Positions 40,951 to 53,176 of a DNA stretch of 64,000 nucleotides are shown here, piece after piece; within the stretch, counting starts at the first letter, position 1; each line of letters opens with the position of its first letter. Source of the DNA: Monocercomonoides exilis PA203 (taxonomy: Eukaryota; Protista; Preaxostyla); NCBI GenBank assembly GCA_001643675.2, contig LSRY02000034.1, forward strand, positions 1-64,000. The letters are read 5' to 3'. Both the position numbers and the translations under genes were made by a program. The notes beneath the pieces were generated by a model. The model had not been told where the DNA came from, did not search any database, and worked only from the letters and a program-made list of their open reading frames with translations.

Positions 40951-41406
40951 GACAAGCTCAGCTGATTTGTTGGTTATTTCATTTTCAAATGATGTTTTTC
41001 AATGTTGCATTAGAAAAAATTTGTTGATATTTCAACAAACGTTGGATGTATTAAAGATTCATAAAAATCGGTCAAAGATCATCAACTTAATGCCTCTGAC
41101 TTATTTAAAACTAATTTGTATGTCCAACGTCTTTATGACATTTAAAAGCGAATTCTATGAATACCCTGTATTAATGTAGCTTGATTTTCGTCAATATTGA
41201 CTATTTCCATAATTCTATATTTTTTTTTTTTTTTGTTTTTTTCAGTAGAGGAACTTCATTGTGTAAAAAAATGTTTTTTCAAGAATAAATCACTTTGTTA
41301 TCGTTTTGTATTCTTGATAAAGAATTTGCAGATATTGAAAAATTTTTCTTTTTATTGAGAATAAAAATAAAATGAAATTATAGGTTAGGGATCGTGAATA
41401 ATTGTA

Positions 41407-42192
41407 ATGTCTGACGACTTTGAGGATTGGGGTTTGTGTCCTTTACAAACATTTGCTTTGCATATTTTATTTTTGATTGCAAACACAGAAAAAGAGCTCG
41501 AAGAAGAACTGGAAGAGAAACCTTCAGAGAAACAAGTGAAGCAGACCACGTCAAGCCAAAAAGAAGCGTCATCAGAAAATAAAAGTGATTCTGATTTAAA
41601 GAAGAAAGATTCTTCTACCGCATCATCATCGCAGAAAAGTGATTCAAAAGGTTTATTTTGTTTTTCATAGTTATAACTAGCAATTTGATTTTTGCACCTT
41701 AATCAAAAATGCAAATATCTGTGACCGGATTTATCTGTTCCTACATTTTATTATCTATATATCTTTAGTTGCTGAATTTGATCCTTTTGCTCCGAGCGAT
41801 GAAGCAGAGGAAAAGCCTGAAGAAACAAACCTGGAAACCTCAGTTCCTACGACCCCAAGCCAATTTGCGGATTATGCAGCAAAACTTACTTCAAAATTAT
41901 TATTATTTAAAAAGAATCCGGAATTTATCAATTTTTTCAAGCAAATTGGGCGAGGAGTTTCTCAAGAATTAAAAATTGAACAGATAAAAGAGATAGGAGA
42001 TATGTTTCATGCAGTTGCAAATGAAAAATTAAAGCAACAACAAAATACAAAACGTAAAAAGGGTTTGAAATTTTTTTTGGAATTTTATTTATTTCAAGGA
42101 GATTTCGTTTTATTTCAGGAGGAAAAGTTTCTCTTGCCAAAGAGAGATCGAACATTTATCCCGAAGATTTGGATTTAGATGACCTGATGTGA
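41407..42192 (+). CDS. EIF3J: Translation initiation factor eIF3 subunit J (Hcr1)-like
   Basis: Spliced MSDDFEDWEKELEE...PTTPSQFADYAAKLTSKL...FINFFKQIGRGV...IKEIGDMF...NEKLKQQQNTKRKKG...DLDLDDLM* matches the eIF3j acidic DW N-terminus and helical C-terminal domain. Confidence 0.75.
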
Positions 42193-42668
42193 AGAAATGG
42201 ACTCTTGTGTATTCTTTTCAATTTATAATATTAATACTTTATGATTTAGATTCATTTCAATGAATTCACTCACTTTTTTATGATATCTAAAATATAAACA
42301 ATGAAAATACTTGAAGTTCTTCAAAAAAATATTTTAAAAAAATGGAAAAATACACTTTTGTTATGATTATCAAAAATACAAATCGAGTAGTACAACAATA
42401 GAAAGACTTTGAACATTTCATTAATTTTTAATTTCATTTCTTTTTCTTTTCATAAAGAAAATCAAAAATTTGATAGTCCTTATATGCATTTACAAAAATT
42501 GTATTTTCTCTATCTAATCTCTCATTTGCGAAATTTTGTGAAATTAAAATTGAATCATTAATAAACAAAAATATTTTCAAAAAACATGTTACAAAAGTTA
42601 AATTTTTCAATTGCAGACACTCATTCCTTTCAAAAAGAGAAAGAAATAAATTTTTCAAATTTTTATTT

Positions 42669-45184
42669 TCAGAGTGAGTAAACTTTCATATTTCTTGTTC
42701 GTAGTAGATGGTGGTACAGCAATATATCTGTATAATCATTTCCCTGAAATGGATCAAAATTATCCATTTCGTCTTCAGGTAATTTCAACGGCAAAGCATA
42801 AAGCAAATCCTCAATTCCTTGCTCTTCCATTTGCTCTGAAACAGAACCCATTGAGGCTGATCTTAGTTCATCAAAAGAGAGTCCAAATGATTCTAGTATC
42901 AAATAATTATCTTTATCGATACATCTCACTGGACTGTTCAATACACTGTTAAAAGGAATTTCTTTTCCTCGGTCGTTATTTCTCTTTAAGTCATTGATAT
43001 TATATTGAATATCTCCTTTCTTATATTTCTTTGGTTCTTTGAATTCAATATTGGAAAATTCAGGTCGCAACAAAGATGATAATGCAAAACGAGCTGCAAC
43101 AAATACATGTGCGAGGTAAAAAATTGTATAAAGATTGTCCGTCACAATTGAAGTCAGTGCCGAAGTGATGCAACTGAATGCTCCGATGGGAACCAACGCT
43201 GGCAATTGCTGAATCACATGATTAAGAGAAGGAATGCGTTGGGATGCATCTGCCATTTCATTTAGCAAAGAGAACGATTTTTCACGGTTTGTTATGGATT
43301 TGTCTTGCAAAATTTTATTAGTGATTGGACAAATCAGACGTGCAGTTGACAACATATTGCTCACACTGAACAATTCGCGACAAAGTTTCATAACTGAAAT
43401 TCGTGCAAACTTCTGAAGCAGCCAAAGCGAATATTGCTCCGAATAGAAAGCATCTTTATCGGTGACAGTTTTATTAGAATTTGAAGGATAAGCAAAAAAT
43501 GATTCTTGAAAAACAGCTTCAGAAAGCCTTTGCTGCTTGAGTGTTGCGATTCTTTCAGCAATCAAAAAGATCTCCTTTAAATCTTCCGAGCTATTCAGCA
43601 GATGCGGTAAAATATGCTTTTCTCCCATAAAACAATAAAATATTAATACACTAAATATTTGTTCGATGGATTTCATTTCCTTCTCGATGTTGAAAACATT
43701 GAGACTTTCGTTGCTGTATTCTTCAGTAAAACTTATTGACTGTTCAGAATCCACTATTCCAATACCGTTTGAGGGGACAATTGCTTGTGATATTAAACCA
43801 TCTGTTTTATCTTCCTTTCTAATATGCTTATTCTTTCTGGGAAATTTTTTATGCTCCTTTAACTTTTGGGTAATCTGCTTCAAAATGGAATTCAGCCATT
43901 GAATAGAAAAGTCTAAAATGCGAAAAGACGGAGGAAAAATGTTCTCATCACCAGAGTAACCCATCTCTTCTCGTGCTTTCAAGGCAATTGCAGAGCACAC
44001 AAGCAAAGTTGAATTATCAGCTGCACACTAAATGAATTTACAGTAATGCATAAATTTTTGTTTATTTTGTTCAAAATAAATTTAAAAAATGCAAAACTTA
44101 ATGAAATGGAATCAAAAATAATGATCAAACATTCGCGGGAATACTGTCAGGAGAAATATTTAAAAGCTGATCAAATATGTACTCATATTTCCGAAAATCT
44201 GCAGTTCCTGGATCAATGCAACCTCCTCCATAGTCAATATCTTTTGAAAATGAAATTTTAAGAAATTCAAAAATTAAAAATAAAAAATAATTATTCGCAA
44301 AATGGAATGAAAAAAAAGTTTGATTAACATAAAAAAATAAAATGTCAAGGCCTTGCCTCAAAATACAAAGCAAATTCTAATTGTTTGAATCATAAAAGTT
44401 AAAAACTAAATGATGATGAATGAAATACTTCTATATAAAATCAAAAATTGGTTTCTTTCATTGAAATACCTCCAGTTTGTGAGATTCTCCACCAAAATCC
44501 AACAAGCATTTGGATTTTTTTATTGGAAGACATTGTATCCCATTGCTCTAAAATAATATCCCCCTGCTCCCCGATTTGATATTCATCCGAATAATTGCAA
44601 AAAACTGAAAGAATTAAAATATTGTGCAAAAGCAAATTGGAATGCGCATTTCTGCGTTTCAACATTTCTACATCGCTTTCCTTTGTTGTGTTCATTTTAT
44701 GATTTTTCTTCACGATCTCCAAGTGACGAAGAACAAGAGACGAAAATTCGTCATTGTCCTCATCCAAAATAATGCTGTCAAAATTTCCATCGGTTTCCGT
44801 CAAAATTTGACGGAAAATTAATTCTATTTTAATTTCGTAAAATACTTTTATCTCCTCCGATACACTTTCTAAAGAAACTTTCGAATACATTTGAACAATG
44901 CGACTCACATTCTCCACGAAAGATTGAGTTTTCAATAAAAGTCCAACATCTTTTGAAGAAATATTAGAAATATAGAAAAGTGCTTTTTTCAAAAGCGATT
45001 CATTTTCTTCGATATTTGGTGAAGCAACTTTTGATAAACAATCAATAACATTATCCCCTGTTCAATCCGTAAAAAATATATTTCATTTTTTTACTGTTAA
45101 AAATGTTATCAAACTCAAATTGAAAAACTCTTTGGAGTCAATTGATATAATGCACAAGTTGGATCTATTTTCAATTCTTTTCAT
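42669..45184 (-). CDS. Hypothetical alpha-helical protein (multi-exon)
   Basis: ORFs 44441-44992, ~44125-44260 and 42669-44006 are separated by AT-rich introns. C-terminal EQMEEQGIED motif. Confidence 0.65.
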
Positions 45185-45283
45185 AATTTAAAAATGGGTT
45201 ATCTCTTTCCCTTTTTTTTTTTTTTTTGTGCCTGCTTCAAAATATCTCAGTAAGTTTGTATATAACGAAATGGAGAAGATTTT

Positions 45284-46679
45284 GGGTAAAAGCAGAAGAC
45301 AGATGTATCTTTATTTTAAAGAAAATTTTTTGTATGCACTCAAAAATCTTCATTGACAATTTCCACATTGTTTTGAGAAAATGAATGAGTATAGAGAGTG
45401 AATTCTTGAGATATTTTGTAAATGAGAAAAAAAATGTTAAAAAAACTCAATTTTCAGTGTATTCAGAAGCATCACTTCCATCACCTGCTCCTTGATTATC
45501 GTCCGATGATTTTTCTGTTGTCAGAGCGATATAGCTGTTTGTTTCTGCATTTTCATCACCAAGATCTTCGATTTATTCCTTTAATTTTTCGAATTCATTT
45601 GCTGCAACAAAATCATGAATTATTCTAACATACTCATTATTTTGCAAAGGTTCGTTTTTTTCCATCATGAAACTTGCTAAATTATTATCTTAAAATTTTT
45701 ATCTTGAACATGTATTTGGTGAAAACCTTCTTTATTGACCCCAAAGCACTTCGATAATGTTCGTGCAAGCAGATGTTGTTTTATCTTTGAACCGATACTT
45801 ATGGCAAACTGTTGAATGTTTATAACCCGAAGAATTCAAACAGGAATACGCAAGCCATTCGTCAGAATAAATTGTTGTCTGCTTTTTTACGATATTTTCA
45901 ATATTGGGTATAAAAGATACTTTCTTTCTGTTTTCAACACGGACAATAAGACATTTTCATTGGTTACGATCAGTTTTTCGCTCCACCATTCCAAAGATCC
46001 ATATTTGTTGTTTAGCCCTTCCTTTTTATAATTCTCTTTTGCAAAGAACGGGTTCATCTATTTCAACATTGCACTCTTATCCTCCCAATGTCAAATCCAT
46101 TTTAGCAACAGTGTTTACATCAGCTGTTCGAAAAACACTTGACAAATATGAAACAGTGTCTCTGGTTATGCCTACTAAATACGAGATTTGTTAGAAATTT
46201 AATATCATATATCATAAAAGTGAAAGTTGCAGAAGTTTTGATATCCCAATCTTTAACATGAAAAACGAAGTGTCCTTATTAACATTAATTTTTCTTTTGC
46301 AATTTTTCCATATCCTTCAACGTTTCCCAATATTTAGACATGGATTCATTGTTTTTTTTAACAATTCGTACATTTTTTGGTGCAGCAATAAAGAAATTGC
46401 GCTCGATACCATATCCAAGCGCAATCAGGGTCCATAAACATTCTTAAATATCTCGAAAAAAATATGTTTGTTTCCATGTCAATCAGGATCAAATGATAAC
46501 GAAAACTGATCAATCCCATATTTTCTGAAAAAACGAACATAACATGCTCACGTAAATGTCTAAATAAATTTCACTTTAAGTGATGTGAATATTACAAATA
46601 TATATTTTTGTTGTAGTTAATTTCATTTTTTCTAGGATCAAACAAAAAATTTAGGTACACCTATCTTTTGCATTAATCA
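45284..46679 (-). mobile_element. Decayed Merlin (IS1595/ISXO2-like DDE) DNA transposon with remnant TIRs
   Basis: Minus-strand frame ~46320-45650 reads GITRDTV..LGG*ECNVEIDEPVLCKR..KGRAKQQIWIFGMVER..VRVENRK..TTIYSDEWLAYSCL..GYKHSTVCHKYRFKD..CTNIIEVLW. Imperfect 27-bp inverted repeats at 45284-45310 and 46653-46679 (19/27 match). Confidence 0.85.
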
Positions 46680-47560
46680 CTAGTTTAACCTGAACTTGTC
46701 ACTTACCAATGAAAATTATGATATACTTGTCATTTCAAAAAAATTAAATACAAAATGAATTATTGAGATTAAAATGAAACTTTTTAACTTTTTTTCAAAA
46801 AAAGACTGAACCAAATAGAATATATTTTTTCTGTTCATATTGTGAAAATTTCGAATAATATAATTTTTGAAGAAACTTCGTCTTCAGTAATTCTTCTTTC
46901 AAAAATGATTGATATTAATTTCTTGAAAAAGTATGAAATAATCGGAAAATGTATATGGGTCATTCTTTTTGAAAAGTCGCGAATGTTTAATTTTCAAATA
47001 AATCTAAAATTTCATATTTTGCTCAAATTTTTGTTGACATGCACCAAACTTCTCTTATATGGAATCTATTTCTGGATAACGCTATTTAAAACTTTTTTCA
47101 GGAGATTTGTGAGTGGAAACAGAAATTTGAGTAAAATTTGAATATTTGGATTGATTTTTAAATTCAACATTTGCAGCTTATCAAAAAGAATGACCCATAT
47201 TTTCAATTTTTTATTTTTTATTTAATTTTTTGATTTAATAACGCCATTTATTATTCAAATCTGGTAAACTTATTATTTGAAATTAATTTAATTCAGAAGT
47301 TTTTTTTCAAAAAAATTTTTTGTGAAAAATTGATTTTTTGCTGAGTATCGGAAAGTGATTATAATGTTTTGTTTTTTCATTATTCTTAAAAAGGATGAAA
47401 AAAAGAACCCAGATTTTTATTATTTATTAATTAATATGAAAAATTTTTCATTTTTCAGAAAAAAGTTATTACTATGGAAATCACATAATATTCAAATAAT
47501 TTGACCACACATTGTCTGATAACACATCATTCAATCAAAATGCATTATTCATTATCAATA

Positions 47561-50500
47561 GATGAATTTTGAATAGATTTTTTTTATTTAAATAAACCAG
47601 GCTTATTCAAATGAACTCATGATTATTCGAATAGATCAAGTTCATTTGAATAAACCGAGTTCATTTGAGATAGACTGAGTTCATTTGAGTTACGAAAATT
47701 AATTTATTAAACAAATATTTTTAATGTTTATAAAATTGATTGCAAAAACTTTCAAATATTATTTGTATAATAATTATGTTATTTTGGAAATGATTTTTGT
47801 TGTTTTCAACAAATTCCTTCAAAGATCAAAAGGATCAAAATATTTTAAAAACTGAATAAATTCTTTGTCACCAATACATAATTTAAAACGCATCAACATC
47901 ACATTCTTTGATTGTTAAACCTTTTGTGAATGTAATCCACATGCTTTAACAGTTTCAAAAATTGATGAAAAGAAGAATTCCACGAATTATTTCATGAATT
48001 ATTTATTTTTGAATTGAGCGAATAAAACAAATTGGATTGCATCAACACATACATAAACAACTTGTTTTTGATCTTTAATTGATTCGAAAACATTAAAGGA
48101 CTTGTGAAAAAAAAATATCAGATAATATTTGAAATTGATATAATTTTTTTTAAAAAAGATAAAAAAACAAACAAATGAGTCTTCATTATTTCATTGAATA
48201 ATGAATAAAGCTCAACCGCTTTTCTCTTTCTATTTGGACGAGCTTCTCACACAAGCATTTCTTGTTTCATCGTTGTCTGCCTGTCTGGAACTTGCGAAAT
48301 TCTACTCTGCTCAATCAAACCATCAAAACAAAAGATCGCATACACAATGCATTGAATGGTAACAGCGTTGACTTGACGAATGTCTCGACGATCAATATGG
48401 AGCTGATGTTCGGAAGCATTGAAGCTGTGTTGGCACTAACGGAATTGCAAGACGGGACACAAGAAATGAATGAAGGTGACAGTCCAATAGTGCACCTGAA
48501 ATGCTGCACGCTTTTCTCGCTTCGCCAAAGTGCTCCTTCTGAGCCGTCGATCATCAGCTGCTGTAGAAGCGAGCCTTCCTGCGTGCTTGTCCAAAACACG
48601 TCGATCAAGAGCAGCGGAAGCAGCCTGAGTGAGAATGGCGGATGCATTGCCATGAAATTGAGCGAAGGCTCGTTGTTCCACTGCAACTTTTGTTCGATCT
48701 CTGGATGCTTCTGCTCCGCAACTGGATGAGGAGGTGTCACATTCCTGGATTGCTCTTTGATCACAAGAGATGGCCTGCTTCCTTTCCTGCTGAAAAACAC
48801 CACGTTCATGGAGAATAAAGCATTTGTGGGAAGAGACGTGTATGTGAGTTGCGCGAATGTCAAAACTCAAATTGGCAACTATCTGTTCCAGCTCGATTTC
48901 AGAGCACCGTTTGTTCGGGATCTTGCGATGTGGGGATGCACAGCATAAGACCATGCTGATGAACAAGATCTGTTGCTGCTTGTGGTTGTGTATCAGAACG
49001 AGACGATTTTTGCGTCTTCTTCAGTCGACAATGCCTCAGATTCACGCCAATGCGGAGCTATAAGTGCGCCCTGCTCTTCCTTGAATAGTGCATTGTCTCA
49101 CATCATTCCTTCTGTTTACAGCAATTTGCTGATCGACAAGCGCGCTGTGGTGTCGGGAGAAGCAAGCACAAGCGATGTGACGATCAAGTCACTGGAGCAG
49201 GAAAGCGACAAAGGTGTGCTCCGCCTGAACTGCTGCATCGAGAGCAAGACGGGCAGTCTCGTTGCATGTTCGTCGAGAGTGAAAATGGAGTTTCTGACAA
49301 TTCTGTTTGGGAATGCTTTTTCTTCTTCTCGTTCCAGCTTTGTATCGCTTGCTGATGTCAACTTGTTGATTGACGATACAATATTTGCTCAAGAAGCTTC
49401 TGGTGGAGGATCTGAAATTGAACTGAATTGCTCTATTATTGAAATGAGCTGTGGAAGATTGACGATTTTTGACTGCACTTTTGCAGGCCTCCATTTCAGT
49501 TCTTCATGCCTGGCAGCAAGTCGTGAGCAATATTTCTCGTGTGCATTTCTGAATTTCACAGATGTTATATCTGGAGTGCTAATGGATTTCCACGATCTGG
49601 CAAAGCTGTCCATGCAGCCGGTGCGTGCATCCAATTGCAGCGCTCAGCGATCAGGCCTCATTCTTCGCAACTGCAAAGACTGCCAGCTCCAGAACATTCA
49701 GATGAGAGGCACTCAGAATGGATCAAGCGTGATTGTGTTTTCCTCAGACGGTTCTGGAGGGCATTCAAACATCCAGGGCAATCATTTGGAATTCGATGAT
49801 ACTCGCGTTTCAAGTGAATCGTTGGTTTCTGTTGAATGCCAAGATTCAGATGTTGAGATGAATTTCTTGGCTGTTTCTAACACCATGTTTGGCGATGGGT
49901 GCTCAGTGAGCGTGACGTCGAATGACTCAGCATCTCGGTCGAAACACTCTTCATTACAAAACATAACCCGAGATTCGCTTGGCCCGTGCTGTTTGGCTGT
50001 CTCATCTTTGTCTTTGTTGCTGGAGTTGAAGAAATGCTCGAACAAAATGTGTGCTTCTTCGTATAAAAAATGTTGCATTGCGGCGTTGACAGATTTGACA
50101 GATACTTGCATGTTTTTGTGTGTATTCTACGGTGCAGCAAGCGCGTCAGAGCTGAGAACGAACGACAAGCGATCAGAAGAGCTATGCCAGTGGAACGGAT
50201 CGATGGTTGATCTTCTCAATTGCTCGGTAGCAATTAAAGACATCACAATTACCAATTTGTCCAAGATATGACTGTCGATCTCTGGTGGAAGCATCTCCAT
50301 GCTATTTATATTGTTTGCTAATAACAGCCCGAACGAAGCTGGCCATCTATCCGTAAGGAGCAGCATCGCGTGCTCTGGCCATGCACTACTGTTCATTCAA
50401 AGTCTGAAAGGCGGAGATGGCTTAAAAGAGAACTCATCACTTTGGGTTTTGAACTTGGGATGCAGTCTTTCTGGAATTGCTTCAGAAAGAGTCTCTCCGT

Positions 50501-51663
50501 TCTTCATTCTGCAGCTGGCTTCAGTGAAATCTCGCCAGTAGGGTGGCACCCTTGCCATTAATCTTGCTGGTTTAGAGTTTCTTCCCTGTGGCTTTGCTCT
50601 CCAGATTGATTCATCAGATGGTTCGATTCACAATCTCCAGTCGTATCCGCTGCAGTCAGAGGAGTTTGCAGGAGAAACAGAGTTTCACACAGCTATTCCA
50701 GCCTCAATTATTACAACTGCGTTTGAGGCAACAGAAGTGTCCGTGAAGATCTTATTTGGAAGGACTGAATTTCAAGCCTCAACTGATTCATTCATTCTGA
50801 AAACAGAAGAAAACATCAATCAAAAGGAGATGAAAGAATTGTTGAAGGAGGAAAGGTTGGAAAATCAATGATGACATTGGTTGTTAAAGTTTTATTCGTT
50901 GTGACATTATTAATTGTACTTGTGGTACATACCGTAGCAACTATTTGATGGAGGAGGGCAAAAGAAGAAGCGAAAAAATGCAAGGAGATTTTTAACGATA
51001 TCATAAAGAAAAATCCAAAGGAAGTCGAGATGATAATGACATAGACATCATTTGATGCTCATTGGAGGAGAGAGGAGAAGAATGCAGTGAAGAAGAATAT
51101 TGAGAGGCTTTGTGAAATAAATCGATTAATGAAAATAGAATATATCTTCTTAACGGAGAAAGTGGCAAAGATGAAAGCTGCATCAACCTGTCGACTCGAC
51201 TGAGCGCTTCAGAATTATATGCAATGTTGGATGTAGATCACTTCACGAACATCAATAGAAACAAATTTTTGTTTTTTATATTTTATTATACAGAGATCAA
51301 ATGAAAAACCAAAAAGTTGGAATGGAATAGAATAATGATAACAAATTGATATGTGCATTCATTTCTTCCTCTTTTTATCAAATAAAATTATCTTTAAACA
51401 TATCTGAAATATTATTTACGAAAAAAGAAGAATCTCAGTTTTTAAGATTTTTCAATTTTTTTGTTGATAAAGTGAAAGATAATACACAAAAATATTATAA
51501 TAAGTGTTCACTATTTTTTTATGAATTATTTATTTAAGTGTATCGCACTTTATTCAAGTGTCACTTCAACCATTTAAAATAACATGACTTCATTTAAGAA
51601 AAACCCAGTTCATTCAAATAAGTTGAATCTATTCAAATAGAAAAATTCTATTCACAATTCATC
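47561..51663. mobile_element. Non-autonomous TIR-bounded element (TA-flanked) carrying a receptor-gene fragment
   Basis: The left end TA|GATGAATTTTGAATAGA... and the right end ...TCTATTCACAATTCATC|TA align without gaps as an inverted repeat over ~57 bp with ~12 mismatches. Both ends have subterminal ~20-bp AGTTCATTTGAA-type repeats. Confidence 0.7.
48210..51240 (+). pseudogene. Truncated, nonsense-disrupted paralog of the giant receptor family (last ectodomain module, TM and juxtamembrane region; no signal peptide, no kinase)
   Basis: FMENKAFVGRDVY, QCGAISAPCSSL and ELCQWNGS motifs; GDERIVEGGKVGKS...TI*WRRAKEEAKKCKEIFNDIIKKNPKEVE aligns with GDERTVEGGKDGKS...VRWRNVKNEAEDLREIVNDNIRKDPKAFE of the 2155-14598 gene. 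In-frame stops at ~48727, 48946, 50269, 50539, 50946 and 51042. Confidence 0.85.
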
Positions 51664-51820
51664 TAATATATTTAGAAGAACAACAAAAACAAATGAAGAA
51701 TCCTGAAAGTGCACAAGTGGATTTATTCACTAATAAAATATTCTTGTTTCCAGTTTGTCAAATTAATGCAATAAACCTTTCTTGATTGAATGATGTGTTA
51801 TCAAACAAGGACATTGCGAC

Positions 51821-51828
51821 AAAATAAA

Positions 51829-51859
<31 letters not shown>

Positions 51860-51890
51860 TAAAAATAAAAATAAAAATAAAAATAAAAAT
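51821..51890. repeat. (AAAATA)n hexanucleotide tandem repeat
   Basis: Directly visible. Confidence 0.95.
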
Positions 51891-52535
51891 AGAAAATAAA
51901 GTAACGCATGTTGGTCGAAAAACAAAATCAATGTCGAGGAGTTTTTTTATTTTATTTTATTATATTTTTATTTCTCAGAAATAGAAAAAATCCACATTTT
52001 TAGGCTTGATTGAATTGTTAATTTCAAACACTTTTATGGATCAAAAAACGGAATAAAGAATTTAAAAAAAAATACTACTGAGAAATTAAGCAACATTTCT
52101 TATTGAATATTCGTTGAAAAGGTGTGATTTTTGACTGTGTTTCTTTGGATAAATATCCAAAATTTATCTTTTAAAAATCAAAAGTGATTTTTGATTTTCT
52201 AAAAACATCAACTCGCATTTATATCATTCTTGAAGATTTCCTCACTTCATGATTTGTCCTCACTTTTGACTCTTTCATTCAAATAAAATGCTATTTCGCT
52301 TATCCTATACACTGAAATACTTTTTAAATGCTAAGGGTATATGAAAAAAAAATTTCTGTGTGGATACTTAGCTTTGGATGGAAAAAATTTGATAAAAAAA
52401 ATCATCTATTAATTATTTCTCACCAAAATTTTAAAAGTAATTTTCTGCCTTTAATAGATTCATGAAATGTTTTTGTTGTGAAACGTATAAAAAAAATAGA
52501 ATTTTGAAATAATAAAAAGCAAAAATAAGGCAAGT

Positions 52536-53121
52536 TTAACTAAGATGTGTTTTAATTTGAGTATCTGTTGCCATTTTGTTTTCAATTAAAAATGTTCGGA
52601 TCTTGCAGATTCATTTGACAAAATTTAACATGGTAATTGTAAAATATATAATTGAAAATAGATAGAATAAACTGTAATGACAAATGACCTGTAACAAACC
52701 TGGTCCCTAAAATCTCCATGAATTCTTATAACCTTGCCGAATTCATCATCCTATATGTCAATTTCATCTCTTAAAAATATCTAATAACAATTAATAACAT
52801 ACCTTCACGATGGCACCTCCGCATTTATAAAGCTATGTGAAATAAAACAAAAATACTTCAAATAAGATTATTTTTTAATTTCGCAATCAAACTTTAATCA
52901 GTCGATGGAGTACAGCTTTAAAATCCACAATGTCACCAAGTCCAGTTATTGTTGTAACCTTTTTTTTGCCTTTACGATTCTGGACTCGGATATGGACCAA
53001 ACCATCTGGTCCAACTGCAGTTTCCTCAAGATCGGATGCGAATGGATCAACTACAAGACCAATAGTTAAATAATTAAAGGCTGATACAACAATAAGTCAA
53101 ACGCTTTGATGATCGTGACAT
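52536..53121 (-). CDS. SUI1: Translation initiation factor eIF1 (SUI1), 5 exons, not in the ORF track
   Basis: Spliced MSRSSKL|DPFASDLEETAVGPDGLVHIRVQNRKGKKKVTTITGLGDIVDFKAVLHRLIK|LYKCGGAIVK|DDEFGKVIRIHGDFRDQ|IRTFLIENKMATDTQIKTHLS*; all junctions are GT-AG and phase-compatible. Confidence 0.9.
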
Positions 53122-53176
53122 TTCCCTTCAAAAAGGAGATGACAATATTTAACAAATTGAGATGTTGGGATAGATC

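Noticed and set aside
47600-47695. Short spaced repeats resembling a CRISPR array
   Set aside because: The ~20-bp units have no unique spacers, there are no cas genes, and the context is eukaryotic. They are better explained as subterminal TIR repeats.
36352-53121. Clustering of 40S-initiation genes (RPS2, eIF3j, eIF1)
   Set aside because: They are spread over 17 kb on mixed strands with unrelated genes and transposons between them, which is compatible with chance.
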